A DNA stretch of 30,860 nucleotides from an uncultured Planctomycetales bacterium (GCA_964358115.1 CAYHNY010000002.1:1-30860), one strand, 5' to 3'. Positions 17,372-27,325 are shown, counted from the first letter of the stretch. The notes: generated by a model not told the origin, from the letters alone. Numbers and translations: made by a program.

Positions 17372-19060
17372 TTAAAACTCCATTCTTTCCAGGCGCCTCA
17401 AGCCCCATCTTAAAGGCAGGATACAGCTTAATATGCTTAGCGAACCGACAATAACGCTTACCCATAAAATCCTGAAAAACACCAAGCCTTTGCCTAGCCA
17501 AAGCGCATATCCATGCAACAATAAGAAAGCCTCTGCTAAAATAATCAGGCCTACAAAACCTAAGCTTAAAACCAGAAGCAAGGTGCCGCCGAATCCTGAG
17601 ATAATCACATTGGGGTTATCTTCTTTAAAGTTGGGAAAAGCCGCTCCCAGCCCCACCGAAAGCCCGGAGACTCCTAATGATACGAAAATTGCCGTGATTA
17701 AAGATACCCCTAAAAGCCAGCCTGAAACTCCTAACATTATACCAGAAAAGAACATCAAAAGCACGCTTATTGTTACCGAGACCGAAAAACTTAACAGCCA
17801 CTTTTCAAAAAGCAATTCTTTTAACTTTAAGGGGGCTAAGCCTAAAACCCAGAAGCGCATACCCTCTAAGCTTATGGCCGGAAAAATAAAACGGATATTG
17901 AGCATCGCAGTGGTCAATGAAATTGAGCTTAAATTCAAGAGGCTGATGAGGTTCTTCCAGAAAATAATCTTGAGATTAAACGGCATGGTGCGCAAGTTCA
18001 GAATATAGACAAAGATAAAACCGAAAAATACGGCAAACTGCAGCCATTGCCGGGGGTCGCGAAAAAAAATCTTTATATCTTTCATCAGCATCGCCTGAAG
18101 CGGTTTCTTAAGAAACTTCAGGGATTCAATTATGCGGATCAAGAATTTAGATTTATAAACCCTGGCCTTAAAAGAAAGGCCACTCCTTATCCAGCCGGAA
18201 TAATAAAACCTGCGCCCCAGGGAATCCAGGATCACCGCGCTAAAAAGAAAATTGCTGAGCAAAAGCAAAAGATAAAAAACCGCAACATCAATCTTGTTCT
18301 TTGCCAATCCCAAAGTAGCTAAAGTCAGCCAATAATTGGGCAAAAAGCTCAAATTTATCCAGTCAGTATGGCTTAAAATTTTGTTAAGTATCTGGTAAGG
18401 CAGGGCGGAAGATGCCTTTTGCAGATCGGTTGATCCGCGTAAATACTGAAAAGAAAAAACCAGGGCGATAACAATAATAACCGCCAGCCACCGGAAGAGG
18501 CGCTGCTTAGGAAAGAAACGCACCGCCAGGCAGATAAAGATTGTCCCAATTGCGGCGGCCAATAAAACAAACGGCAGGCTGAAAATAAAAGAAAAAAAGA
18601 AAAATAAAAAGCCTAATTTTTGCACATTGGCGTAAGCCAACAAAAGCGGCAGGACTAAGAACACTACTGACCAAGAAGAGATGAACGCGGATTCTATCGC
18701 CTTGTAGCTAAAAATAGAAACCTGCTCCACCGGCAAGGTAAGCAGGAAACTTACCTCCCGGGAGCGATAAAGGCCGGAATAGGCAGATATAGCGCTTGAG
18801 ATGGCCAGCATAAAAAAGATCGCCGCAAATGCCAACCCCAGGATACGCTCGACGATCAAAAGCCCGACACCCGGAAACATGAGGAGAAAATGAAACCCGT
18901 AATAAAATAAAAAGTATGCCCCTATCCAAAAAATGAAAAGAAAAACAAAGATTACCGTAAGCTTCAAAAACGACTGCCTGCGGATACTTTTAAAAATATT
19001 TTTTAAAACCCGGGCTTGAGTTTTAAGCAGGATCTTGAGAGTTGAGGCTTGAGAAGGCAT
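17372..19060 (-). CDS. Putative ABC exporter permease (large multi-pass membrane protein)
   Basis: Many hydrophobic helices in two halves; motifs KDIKIFFRDPRQW and FPAISLEG; adjacent to an ABC ATPase. Exact start uncertain because of a 38 nt overlap. Confidence 0.8.
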   Translation of the reverse strand: MPSQASTLKILLKTQARVLKNIFKSIRRQSFLKLTVIFVFLFIFWIGAYFLFYYGFHFLLMFPGVGLLIVERILGLAFAAIFFMLAISSAISAYSGLYRSREVSFLLTLPVEQVSIFSYKAIESAFISSWSVVFLVLPLLLAYANVQKLGFLFFFFSFIFSLPFVLLAAAIGTIFICLAVRFFPKQRLFRWLAVIIVIALVFSFQYLRGSTDLQKASSALPYQILNKILSHTDWINLSFLPNYWLTLATLGLAKNKIDVAVFYLLLLLSNFLFSAVILDSLGRRFYYSGWIRSGLSFKARVYKSKFLIRIIESLKFLKKPLQAMLMKDIKIFFRDPRQWLQFAVFFGFIFVYILNLRTMPFNLKIIFWKNLISLLNLSSISLTTAMLNIRFIFPAISLEGMRFWVLGLAPLKLKELLFEKWLLSFSVSVTISVLLMFFSGIMLGVSGWLLGVSLITAIFVSLGVSGLSVGLGAAFPNFKEDNPNVIISGFGGTLLLVLSLGFVGLIILAEAFLLLHGYALWLGKGLVFFRILWVSVIVGSLSILSCILPLRWGLRRLERMEF

Positions 19061-19793
19061 TGATTTGTATGACCTCGCGGGTTAACTTTAAGAAAACTTC
19101 TTCCAGATGGCCGTTGACGCCGCTTTGCTGCCTTAATGTTTCCATGGTCCCTAAGGCAATCAACCTGGATTGGTCAATAATCCCGATGCGGTCCGCAAGC
19201 TCCTCAGCTAAAGGCAGGGTATGCGTGGAAATAAATATCGCCATGCCTTCTTTAGACTTAGCTTTAAGTATATCCTTAACCAGCCGGCTGGAACGGGGGT
19301 CTAGACCCACCATCGGCTCATCGATGAGCATGACTTGCGGCTCATGGATAAGTGCGGCGCACATAATCAGCCTTTGCCGCATCCCGTGCGAGAAATCTTC
19401 GGTGAGATGATCGCGGTGGCTGCTTAATCCGAATAAATCCAGAAGTAGAGCGGCCTTTTTTTCTATATCGCGCGGGCTGAAATTATAAAGCCGGGCAACA
19501 AAATAGAGGAACTCAAAAGCAGTGAGCTTCTCATACAGATAAGGCACGTCCGGCACATAGCTTAATAATTGCCTGGCCTTTAGATAATCCCTGCCTGATA
19601 CATCGTGGCCGCCGACAAGTATCCTGCCTTCGCTAGGCTTAAGCAGGCCTGCCATGAGTTTTATGGTCGTGGTTTTTCCCGCGGCATTCGGCCCCAAAAA
19701 AGCGAAAAGCTCTCCCTTGGGGATCTCCAGGGAAAGCTTATCTACGGCAGTAACCTGGCCGAATTTCTTAGTCAAATTCTGGATGCTGATCAT
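19023..19793 (-). CDS. ABC transporter ATP-binding protein
   Basis: Walker A GPNAAGKTT, signature-like FSHGMRQR, Walker B LIDEPMVGLDP, H-loop STH. Confidence 0.95.
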   Translation of the reverse strand: MISIQNLTKKFGQVTAVDKLSLEIPKGELFAFLGPNAAGKTTTIKLMAGLLKPSEGRILVGGHDVSGRDYLKARQLLSYVPDVPYLYEKLTAFEFLYFVARLYNFSPRDIEKKAALLLDLFGLSSHRDHLTEDFSHGMRQRLIMCAALIHEPQVMLIDEPMVGLDPRSSRLVKDILKAKSKEGMAIFISTHTLPLAEELADRIGIIDQSRLIALGTMETLRQQSGVNGHLEEVFLKLTREVIQINAFSSLNSQDPA

Positions 19794-19823
19794 TTATGCA
19801 ATTTTTGTTCTATACTAGACGAA

Positions 19824-21401
19824 TTAATTGACCCTGACGGCCAGAATCATCATCTTATCCTTAACCTTGGCCTGGTTAAAATGCAGGACATGCTTAAGGA
19901 TGTCTTTGGCTAAATCCTGAGGGCTTAGATCTTCTGCCTGCGATATTGCGGATTTTACCTCTTCTATGCCAAAAAGTTCGCCGCTATTATTTCTTGCCCG
20001 GGTTATGCCGCTATTAAAAAATACCAGGATATCTGATGGCCCTAAAACTACTTCTTCCTGATGGAAAGAGGCGCCGTCGGATATACCCAGAGGCATAGTA
20101 TCATCACTGCCAAGAATATGCAAATCTTTTTTGCCTGCGTTAAAACGGATAATCGGCTCAAACCCGGCGCTGATAAAACGCATTAACCTGAGCTTCGAAT
20201 CCAACTCAAAACAGATCAGATTGATAAAAAGGTCTTTATAAGCCCCGCGCAAAAGTTGATTCAGGCTCTTGGCGGTTATCTCTAAAGAAGAATCCGTGGA
20301 TTGCAGCCTGAAGACTTCAAATAGCTTCTGATAAAACAGCTCCGTGGCCTTGCCTTTGGAAAAGCTGTCGGCCATAATGATACGACAGCGTCCGTCTTTG
20401 TAGTCAATAAAATTGAAGTATACTTTGTTGTTGCTGAGCCTTTGGATGAAGCGCTGCTTAAACCCGAATTCAAAATTGCCTATCCTTTCCGGTATATCGG
20501 GAAAATAAGGCTCTATTTTTCTTATAAAAATACGTATGAGTAAAAATATCCCGATGATAGAAAAAATTAACAGGACAAGGGTGAGAAAATTTAACTTAAG
20601 CCCCCGGAATCTGATGGCGGATAAGTTCATCTGCAAAATGTTGCTTAAGGCCGCTGCCTGCACCCCTGCCTGCGCAGATACGCCAACAATACATATCTTA
20701 TCTTTAAATATCCGCGAGGTGCGGCGGCTTAAGATAAATCTATGGATTTGTTCGGGGCTATAGGCGTTAAAGGCCTTGGTATAATCTTTGGGTAAATCTA
20801 GATAGGCGGTCACATTATCCGCCAGCGGCAATTTAAGTTTGGATGCAGGAATATTTAAATAACCCGTAGCTACCAGCAGGCTTAAAGCAGGATACAGGCG
20901 ATTTTGATAATTAATGCTTAACGGCACCTCCAGTGATTCAGCCTTCTGCCGAAGATTAAGATGGCCTATGCCGCCGGCAACAGAAAATAAATCCGACCAT
21001 AAGGGAACGCTTATTTTATCCGCGTTAAGCATTCCCTTGTCTTCCCAGACACTTACGGGGTCAAATAAAACGCTAAAATAGACATTGCCGGCGTTGCGGG
21101 AATTTTTAACCAACTCCTGATCTGCCCCCTGCGATGTGGCTTCCGGGCAGGCCATAGTAACTACGATTGCCCTGGACCTTAGAGAGGATAAATCCTGAAT
21201 AACCTGAGCCAGGACTCTTCTTTTTTGCCAGGCCCATTCGCCTAATTTTGCTTCTTTGAGTTCGATAATGACTATCTCCTGATTTATATCTTTGGGTTTG
21301 GCAAATACAGGCGGCGATAAAAAAAACAATATCGAGCATACCGCTAATATGCGGATTGTGGTGAAATTTACCCGGGGTTTAAGTTTTACCTTTTCTTCCA
21401 T
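19824..21401 (-). CDS. Membrane protein with CHASE2-like sensor and degenerate PP2C/SpoIIE phosphatase-like domain
   Basis: CHASE2-like (IVIIEL, W..R..LA.VI, ADQELV, GIGHLN, YPALSLLVA); TM; PP2C-like (IMADSFSKG, SAGFEP, MPLGI, GPSDILVFFNSGITRARN..GELFG). Confidence 0.8.
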   Translation of the reverse strand: MEEKVKLKPRVNFTTIRILAVCSILFFLSPPVFAKPKDINQEIVIIELKEAKLGEWAWQKRRVLAQVIQDLSSLRSRAIVVTMACPEATSQGADQELVKNSRNAGNVYFSVLFDPVSVWEDKGMLNADKISVPLWSDLFSVAGGIGHLNLRQKAESLEVPLSINYQNRLYPALSLLVATGYLNIPASKLKLPLADNVTAYLDLPKDYTKAFNAYSPEQIHRFILSRRTSRIFKDKICIVGVSAQAGVQAAALSNILQMNLSAIRFRGLKLNFLTLVLLIFSIIGIFLLIRIFIRKIEPYFPDIPERIGNFEFGFKQRFIQRLSNNKVYFNFIDYKDGRCRIIMADSFSKGKATELFYQKLFEVFRLQSTDSSLEITAKSLNQLLRGAYKDLFINLICFELDSKLRLMRFISAGFEPIIRFNAGKKDLHILGSDDTMPLGISDGASFHQEEVVLGPSDILVFFNSGITRARNNSGELFGIEEVKSAISQAEDLSPQDLAKDILKHVLHFNQAKVKDKMMILAVRVN

Positions 21402-22339
21402 AGCCAGCTGACAATCCTCTTGCGTTGTTCATCAAATTCCGCCACTTCCAACATAGATACGGCAGCAGGCTCCTCAACTTCTGTTTGGGCCTCTTTTAAT
21501 TCAGCCTGCGCATCTTGGGCCTGTCCATATCCAATGATTTTATTCAGCCATAATCCTTTTTTACCTTCCGGGGTTAAGAAACATTTGTATTCTATTGTCT
21601 TAATACCTACGGGCTGAACACTTAAGTGTTGCTGCCTGAAATAATCGCCAAATTCTCTGGCGATAACGAATATCCCGGGCTTTTGGTTAAAATCAACCCC
21701 ATAGGGATATAGCTTTCTTGCTATATCCCGGTTACGCAGCATCAAATCAAAATGCTTCAAAGCCAGCATCCAAATGCCCTCATCGGCCTGAATCGCAACC
21801 TCCATAATCATCGGCTGCCCTGAGTAGCTTGCCCCCAATATATCGATTTTTTCCAGGTCTTTGGATAATTCCACATTCCTATCAATGCACTTCAAGCCGT
21901 CTTCAATATCCTGGAATCTTTCTATAAGCATATCCAGAAGTTCTTTCTTATCCTCCAGGATTATTTCTTTCAGGATAACAATGTCCTTTTCCTGAACCCT
22001 GAATATTTCCTTCCCTTTTTTAGCGTGGATCAGATTGATGATCCGGGAACGGTCAAATCTGCTGATCTGGCTGAATTTAATACCGACCAGATTTTTATCC
22101 GAAAGCTCCTTGCTCCAGGCGACCTTGCCCTGGGTAAATATAGGCTCAAATTCACCGGGGAGGGAAATTTTTAAAGCCATTTCTTCGGGCAGCTCTTTTT
22201 GTTTATCCACCAGAAAACATACCCCGCTTTCAGATATGTCTTTGGCTTTGCCATTCTGCCCTAAGCCTTTTATATCCAAAGACTTATAGCTTAAGTCTAA
22301 GGCTAAATCCAGGCGCCGGTGCTTTCTTTTGTCTTCCAT
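21386..22339 (-). CDS. PilZ domain fused to a NucS/PD-(D/E)XK-like fold, with a C-terminal tail
   Basis: N-terminal RKHRR and DISESG (PilZ). The second domain (EDGLKCIDRNV, IDILG, GQPMIMEV, GIFVIAREF) resembles the NucS C-terminal nuclease fold, judged by eye. Confidence 0.75.
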   Translation of the reverse strand: MEDKRKHRRLDLALDLSYKSLDIKGLGQNGKAKDISESGVCFLVDKQKELPEEMALKISLPGEFEPIFTQGKVAWSKELSDKNLVGIKFSQISRFDRSRIINLIHAKKGKEIFRVQEKDIVILKEIILEDKKELLDMLIERFQDIEDGLKCIDRNVELSKDLEKIDILGASYSGQPMIMEVAIQADEGIWMLALKHFDLMLRNRDIARKLYPYGVDFNQKPGIFVIAREFGDYFRQQHLSVQPVGIKTIEYKCFLTPEGKKGLWLNKIIGYGQAQDAQAELKEAQTEVEEPAAVSMLEVAEFDEQRKRIVSWLWKKR

Positions 22340-22376
22340 TTTTATACCTGCCTCTTTAACCTAATCCTGACAGACA

Positions 22377-23879
22377 TCATTTATACAAGTTTAGCATATT
22401 TATCTTTAATTTTCTAATTAATTTGATGATTTCTACTTGTCTTTCAATGCCGCCTTCCAAAAACCGGATATGCAGGGCAGAAACCCCCTGTTGGCCCAGG
22501 GTAGGGTCAAGCTCTATCCACTTGCCCACGAATACCTTTGGCCAGCTATGATAGTAGAATCTGCCCTTGGAATAAACTAATCCTGTTACAATTTTAGCGG
22601 GTATGCCTGAGGCCCGAGCAAAAGCAACAAATAAATAGGCATGCTCATTGCAATCTCCCTCTTTATTTTCTAACACGCTGATAGCCGAAGGAAGCCCTAA
22701 AGAGGGGATCTTTTTTATTTTTTTAAATACCCAGTCAAAAATTTTTAAAGCGGCTTTCAGGCTATCCTTTTCTTCACCCACGATATCCCGGGCCTGCTGG
22801 ATTATCTTCGGGGCATCAGATTGAATTAAAAATTCCGGCTTAAGAAACTTGCCTAAATCTAAAGCCCGGATAGGCAAGGCCAGAGGGACAAAGCCGGTTA
22901 GCTCTTCCCTGTTTATTATTGCGACGGTACGCTGCGCGGAAGAAAAAACAACTTTTTGCCGGGGGCCGGAAAAATCAAAGGCCCGCAAATCTACCCCTTT
23001 AAGCTCTAATTTAATACCTTTTAACTCCTGCGGCACGCCTATAATCAGATTAGAGGGTATAGATACCGAAGTCAAAATGTCTTTACCTGATGCATCGGCT
23101 GCTGGCATATCCGTGGCTTTGCCTTGAGGCTCTCTGATAATAACCAGGCCCAGCGGGCTTTCCTGCTTCAGGATTTTTCCATCCTGGTCAACCCAGGTTT
23201 TAACGGTTATGCCTTGATAGGAAATTTCTAGCACAAAAACATCTAAACGCTTATTATCCATAAAATATTTTTCTTTACCTAAAAAATTTATGCTGGCGGT
23301 GGAGATACTTAAAGTAAGCGGATCAAAGATCTTGACTGACCGGGACTTAGTTTTGAGCAGCGACTGCAGAAATAAGGAAGGGTTGAGGTTAGAAAAAAGA
23401 GCTACGTCCCGGTCAATGACCATCTCCTGGGTAGTTGCGTCAGGCGGATTAGACAGGGTAAGGTATATTTTATCATCTTGCAGGCGGCCCTTGACATTCA
23501 TTATATAATCGCCGGATTTAAGGCTAAACTGCAGCGCCTGTAAACGTAAGCCCTCATCCAGAAAGGCATTGCCGTTTATTTCTATGGACTTAAGTTCCCC
23601 CAAAACAGGAGCGCTCAAAAAAGTATTATGATAAACAGCATATCCGCCAAGCCCATTGCTATCCTTGCTTAAATCCTTTAAAATAGTGTTGGAATAACCG
23701 ATCTTGCGCTGATTGTAATAGATGCCCATCCAGTCTTCTCTAAAAGGGATTACGGCGGGAGTTTGGACAGGCTGAGCCGGCGCAAGGGCATAATATCTGG
23801 CAACAACCTCTTTTTTGATTAAAAGGACGGCCATCACCAGCCAGAAAATAAATACGCCGAGCTTAATGGTTAGACGCAT
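22377..23879 (-). CDS. Membrane-anchored or exported transglutaminase-like (papain-fold) protein
   Basis: N-terminal hydrophobic segment; catalytic-type triad motifs GDCNEHA (Cys), YHSW (His), WIELDPT (Asp); ARASGIPAK. Confidence 0.9.
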   Translation of the reverse strand: MRLTIKLGVFIFWLVMAVLLIKKEVVARYYALAPAQPVQTPAVIPFREDWMGIYYNQRKIGYSNTILKDLSKDSNGLGGYAVYHNTFLSAPVLGELKSIEINGNAFLDEGLRLQALQFSLKSGDYIMNVKGRLQDDKIYLTLSNPPDATTQEMVIDRDVALFSNLNPSLFLQSLLKTKSRSVKIFDPLTLSISTASINFLGKEKYFMDNKRLDVFVLEISYQGITVKTWVDQDGKILKQESPLGLVIIREPQGKATDMPAADASGKDILTSVSIPSNLIIGVPQELKGIKLELKGVDLRAFDFSGPRQKVVFSSAQRTVAIINREELTGFVPLALPIRALDLGKFLKPEFLIQSDAPKIIQQARDIVGEEKDSLKAALKIFDWVFKKIKKIPSLGLPSAISVLENKEGDCNEHAYLFVAFARASGIPAKIVTGLVYSKGRFYYHSWPKVFVGKWIELDPTLGQQGVSALHIRFLEGGIERQVEIIKLIRKLKINMLNLYK

Positions 23880-23933
23880 CTCTAGAATGCTGCGTTGTTT
23901 AAGAAGGCTGATAAAGAATAGATTAGCTAAAGC

Positions 23934-26075
23934 CTATTTTTTCTTGGCTTCCAGTTCTAAAGAAATACGCTGCCAGCGAATGGCTTCGGCTACATCGCCT
24001 AAATCAATATAGAATTGGCTCAAGCTTGCGGCTGAACGACGGAAGTATTCGTTCTCTGAAACAAGCATCACGAAATATTCGGGGTCGATGTCCAAAGGAT
24101 AACACTGCCCTTTTCTGATACGCAAGAGATTAAAATTACTGAATTTTTTAAACAAGAGATTCAGCTCTTCCTGCTTGTTTAAAACAACAAGGCCCCTGGC
24201 TAGATAGCTCATCACATCCAGCTGATAGGGATTTTTGGCTAATACCATCTGCCAATTTTGTATCGCCTCATCTATAAGCCCCTCCAGCCAAAGCAGCTGA
24301 GCCAGGGAATTGCGCACGTAAAAAATATCGCCTGATTTTAAGGACTCTTCATAGATGCCTTGCGCCGCTGAAATATTCTTTCTCTTCTCGGCGACCTTGG
24401 CCTTCAGCAGGTTAATAAGCAGCCCTATCCCTGAAGTTTTTGATTGCTGGAATTTAAGGCTATCCCACATATTCTCTGCCTTATCCAGCCAGCCTTTAGC
24501 ATAATAAAGACAGCCTAAGGAAATTTTAGCGTTGTAATCCTGAGGTTTATCGCGCAGGCGCTTTTCTAATGTTAAGATCAGAGTATTTATCTTAACCTGC
24601 TTATTTATGTGCGAACTCATTTCGCCATACTGGTCGGATTTTTTATAGTAATAATTTGCTTTTTTAAGGCGGTTGGCCTCATCCTCTAAAAGGGCCCTCT
24701 GATAATATTTCTTGAATTTAAGGCTTTTGTTTTCCTGGATACGATAGGTAATATAATACCTGAGCAGGTAAAAAAGATCGTTCTTGAAGGCGATCTTTTC
24801 AGAAACTGAAGGCGGATTCAGGATATATTTTATTTCCAGGAGCCTTCCCTGCACAAAGGCATCGGCGGGGTTTATCTTAAGCGCCTTTTCGAAATAGTCT
24901 TGCGCATCATCCCAATTCTGCGCTTTAAATAATTCATCGGCTTTTTGAACCAAGGAAACATACTCTCTCTGGGAATTTATCTGAAGCCTCTTGGCATGGT
25001 CAATGAGGATCTGGATCTTATTCAAATCCTCTAGCAGGACAAACCCTTGAGCCTTTTTCCATTCGACAATTGCCCGGAAGTATTCCTCTTTCTTAAAAAA
25101 ATCTTCGCCGCTAAGCAGGTATTCGCGGGCTACAACCGGAATATTTTGCAGGATCTTTGAGACTGCGGACTCAAAATTAGAGGCGTTAATTTCACGGGAT
25201 TCAGAAGCAGGCAGGTCATGAAGGGTCATTTTGCCCCGGGCCTGCGTGATTAGAATAGTGGCCTCTCTGTGAAAAAGGTCAAATACAAACACCTTGCCAT
25301 ATTCCTCGATGGCTTCGTTATAAAGCCCTCTATCCGCCAATGCCTTTCCCCTATTTAGATACCCCTTAATCAAACGTGGAGCTGCCTTATTTATTTCTTT
25401 TTGAATTTTTTTGAAATATTCCGTATCGGAATGCTCGTTTATCAATTTCGTATAACCCGTAAGGAATGATGCGTTATAATATTCCTCCCGGGAAACCATT
25501 TCATGAAGCTGGCGGTAAATGTCTCTGACCGGCGCATCTTTAAACTGGCGCCCATAGAGATGATTGACCAGGGCTGCCAAGCCAATAACTATGGCCAGGC
25601 TTACCCCAAGTATCATCGATGAGGCCGGTAAGGCATAGTTTTTTTCGACAAAATCCGAAGGCTTAAATCTCTGGTGGTAGGGGCGGACAAAAGACATGGG
25701 GTCAGTAAGGCTGACCAGGTCCATCATTTGTTTTTGCAATCGCACATTCTGGTCTAAGGGGACAAGCTTGATCAGCTCGTTTAAATAACCCGCCGCATCT
25801 TTATAGTGCTCTTCCTTAAGGCAGGCTTCAACTTTAAGATGCAGGTCCTCAATAACCTTAAGTTTATCTTCGGCATCTTTTTTTAATTTTTGCGCTTCCT
25901 GATGAGAGCTATCCATCCCTAAAAGTTTGGTTAGCTCTTCGGATGCCTTTGAAAAATCATTATTGACCAGGTAATCTTTGGCGGAAATCAGGTGTTTCTG
26001 GATCTTCTCCCGGCAGGAAATACAAAAATCTTCTTCTAAGGCGACCGCGCTTGTTTTACAGCCCTTGCAGACCAT
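23934..26075 (-). CDS. Bitopic TPR protein with an N-terminal Zn-ribbon-like CxxC..CxxC
   Basis: CKGC...CISC at the N-terminus; TPR-like helices (YNEAIEEYGKVF, WDDAQDYFEKALKINP, DEAIQNWQMVLAKNP); one TM (MILGVSLAIVIGLAALV). Confidence 0.8.
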   Translation of the reverse strand: MVCKGCKTSAVALEEDFCISCREKIQKHLISAKDYLVNNDFSKASEELTKLLGMDSSHQEAQKLKKDAEDKLKVIEDLHLKVEACLKEEHYKDAAGYLNELIKLVPLDQNVRLQKQMMDLVSLTDPMSFVRPYHQRFKPSDFVEKNYALPASSMILGVSLAIVIGLAALVNHLYGRQFKDAPVRDIYRQLHEMVSREEYYNASFLTGYTKLINEHSDTEYFKKIQKEINKAAPRLIKGYLNRGKALADRGLYNEAIEEYGKVFVFDLFHREATILITQARGKMTLHDLPASESREINASNFESAVSKILQNIPVVAREYLLSGEDFFKKEEYFRAIVEWKKAQGFVLLEDLNKIQILIDHAKRLQINSQREYVSLVQKADELFKAQNWDDAQDYFEKALKINPADAFVQGRLLEIKYILNPPSVSEKIAFKNDLFYLLRYYITYRIQENKSLKFKKYYQRALLEDEANRLKKANYYYKKSDQYGEMSSHINKQVKINTLILTLEKRLRDKPQDYNAKISLGCLYYAKGWLDKAENMWDSLKFQQSKTSGIGLLINLLKAKVAEKRKNISAAQGIYEESLKSGDIFYVRNSLAQLLWLEGLIDEAIQNWQMVLAKNPYQLDVMSYLARGLVVLNKQEELNLLFKKFSNFNLLRIRKGQCYPLDIDPEYFVMLVSENEYFRRSAASLSQFYIDLGDVAEAIRWQRISLELEAKKK

Positions 26076-26078
26076 ATT

Positions 26079-27308
26079 TTACACGCCGCTTTGCCTAAAC
26101 AACGCGATCATGTTCCACATAGGCATGAATATAGCTAAAGCCATACCTAATACCACCACACCCAGAACCGCAGTCATCAGCGGCTCGATCATCGTGGTCA
26201 GGTTTTGCACCGAGGTACGCACTTCCAGGTCATAATAATCGGATACCGCTTGCAACATGTCAGAGATAGCTCCGGTTTTTTCTCCGATGGCGATCATATG
26301 CCCTACCAGGGGAGGAAAAATCTTACTGTTCAATATGGAGCCGGCGATGCCCCGGCCGTCAGCTACGCTATGGCGCATAAGCTCTATCTCCTTGGCGATG
26401 ACCACGTTGCCAATAGTAGTAGAGACGATTTCCAGGGTCTTTAAAATAGGCAGTCCGGATTCATTCAAAACATTGAGCATGTTGGTAAACCTTAACATCG
26501 CCACCTTAGTAAAAAGTTTCCCGAACACGGGCAATCTTAACATCAGCGTATCATACTGCCACCTGCCTTGCTGCGTATTGATATAGCGCTTAAAAAGAAA
26601 AACCAGGCCGGCAATCGCCGGCAGCGCAATATACCACCACTTGGTGATAATCTGATTTGCCAAAATCATAACCTGGGTAGGCAGAGGTAACGCGGCATTG
26701 AATCTTGAATACATGGTCGCAAATTTGGGGATAACAAAAACTATCAGAAAGAACGATGCCGCGGTCATGGCCACGACAGTCATAATGGGATAACGCATCG
26801 CGGTCTTGACGTTGGTATCAATCTGCATATCCCGCTCCATCATCTCGGCCAAACGCAATAAAATCTTATCCAGGACACCGCCGGCTTCACCGGCGACTAC
26901 CGAATTAACATATAGCTCAGAAAATATCAAAGGGTATTTATCAATCGCCTGAGAAAGGCTGGCGCCCCCTTCAATATCGGCGATGATCTTTTTCAAAACC
27001 CCGCTAAACACCGGGTTCTCCGCCTGTTCTGACAAGGCCTGAAGCCCGGTGAGAATAGGTACACCGCTCTTAATAATGGTGGCGAACTGCCGCGTAAATG
27101 CCACCAGATGCTGCGCGCCTACTTTTTCTTTTGCTTTAAAGATTCCGCCCAAGCCGCCGGCAGCGGTACCCTGGTCCAGGGCGATAGAAAGAGGCAGAAA
27201 GCCCATGCCGTCTAAGCGCTGCGAGGCCTCGGCTTCGGTTTCAGCTACCAATATACCGGTAACTTCTTTTCCGTTGGGGTCCCTGGCTTTATATTTATAG
27301 CTCGGCAT
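26079..27308 (-). CDS. pilC: Type IV pilus / T2SS inner-membrane platform protein (PilC/GspF/MshG family)
   Basis: FTRQFATIIKSGVPIL, AGEAGGVL, AMRYP, FVIPKF, LRLPVFG, IAIGEKTG, MIEPL, FMPMW. Confidence 0.96.
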   Translation of the reverse strand: MPSYKYKARDPNGKEVTGILVAETEAEASQRLDGMGFLPLSIALDQGTAAGGLGGIFKAKEKVGAQHLVAFTRQFATIIKSGVPILTGLQALSEQAENPVFSGVLKKIIADIEGGASLSQAIDKYPLIFSELYVNSVVAGEAGGVLDKILLRLAEMMERDMQIDTNVKTAMRYPIMTVVAMTAASFFLIVFVIPKFATMYSRFNAALPLPTQVMILANQIITKWWYIALPAIAGLVFLFKRYINTQQGRWQYDTLMLRLPVFGKLFTKVAMLRFTNMLNVLNESGLPILKTLEIVSTTIGNVVIAKEIELMRHSVADGRGIAGSILNSKIFPPLVGHMIAIGEKTGAISDMLQAVSDYYDLEVRTSVQNLTTMIEPLMTAVLGVVVLGMALAIFMPMWNMIALFRQSGV

Positions 27309-27325
27309 AAAAATGCTCCTTTTTC

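Noticed and set aside
19670-19700. ABC Walker A GPNAAGKT and signature FSHGM deviate from the textbook motifs
   Set aside because: The catalytic Lys, Walker B and H-loop are intact; these variants are tolerated and not evidence of inactivity.
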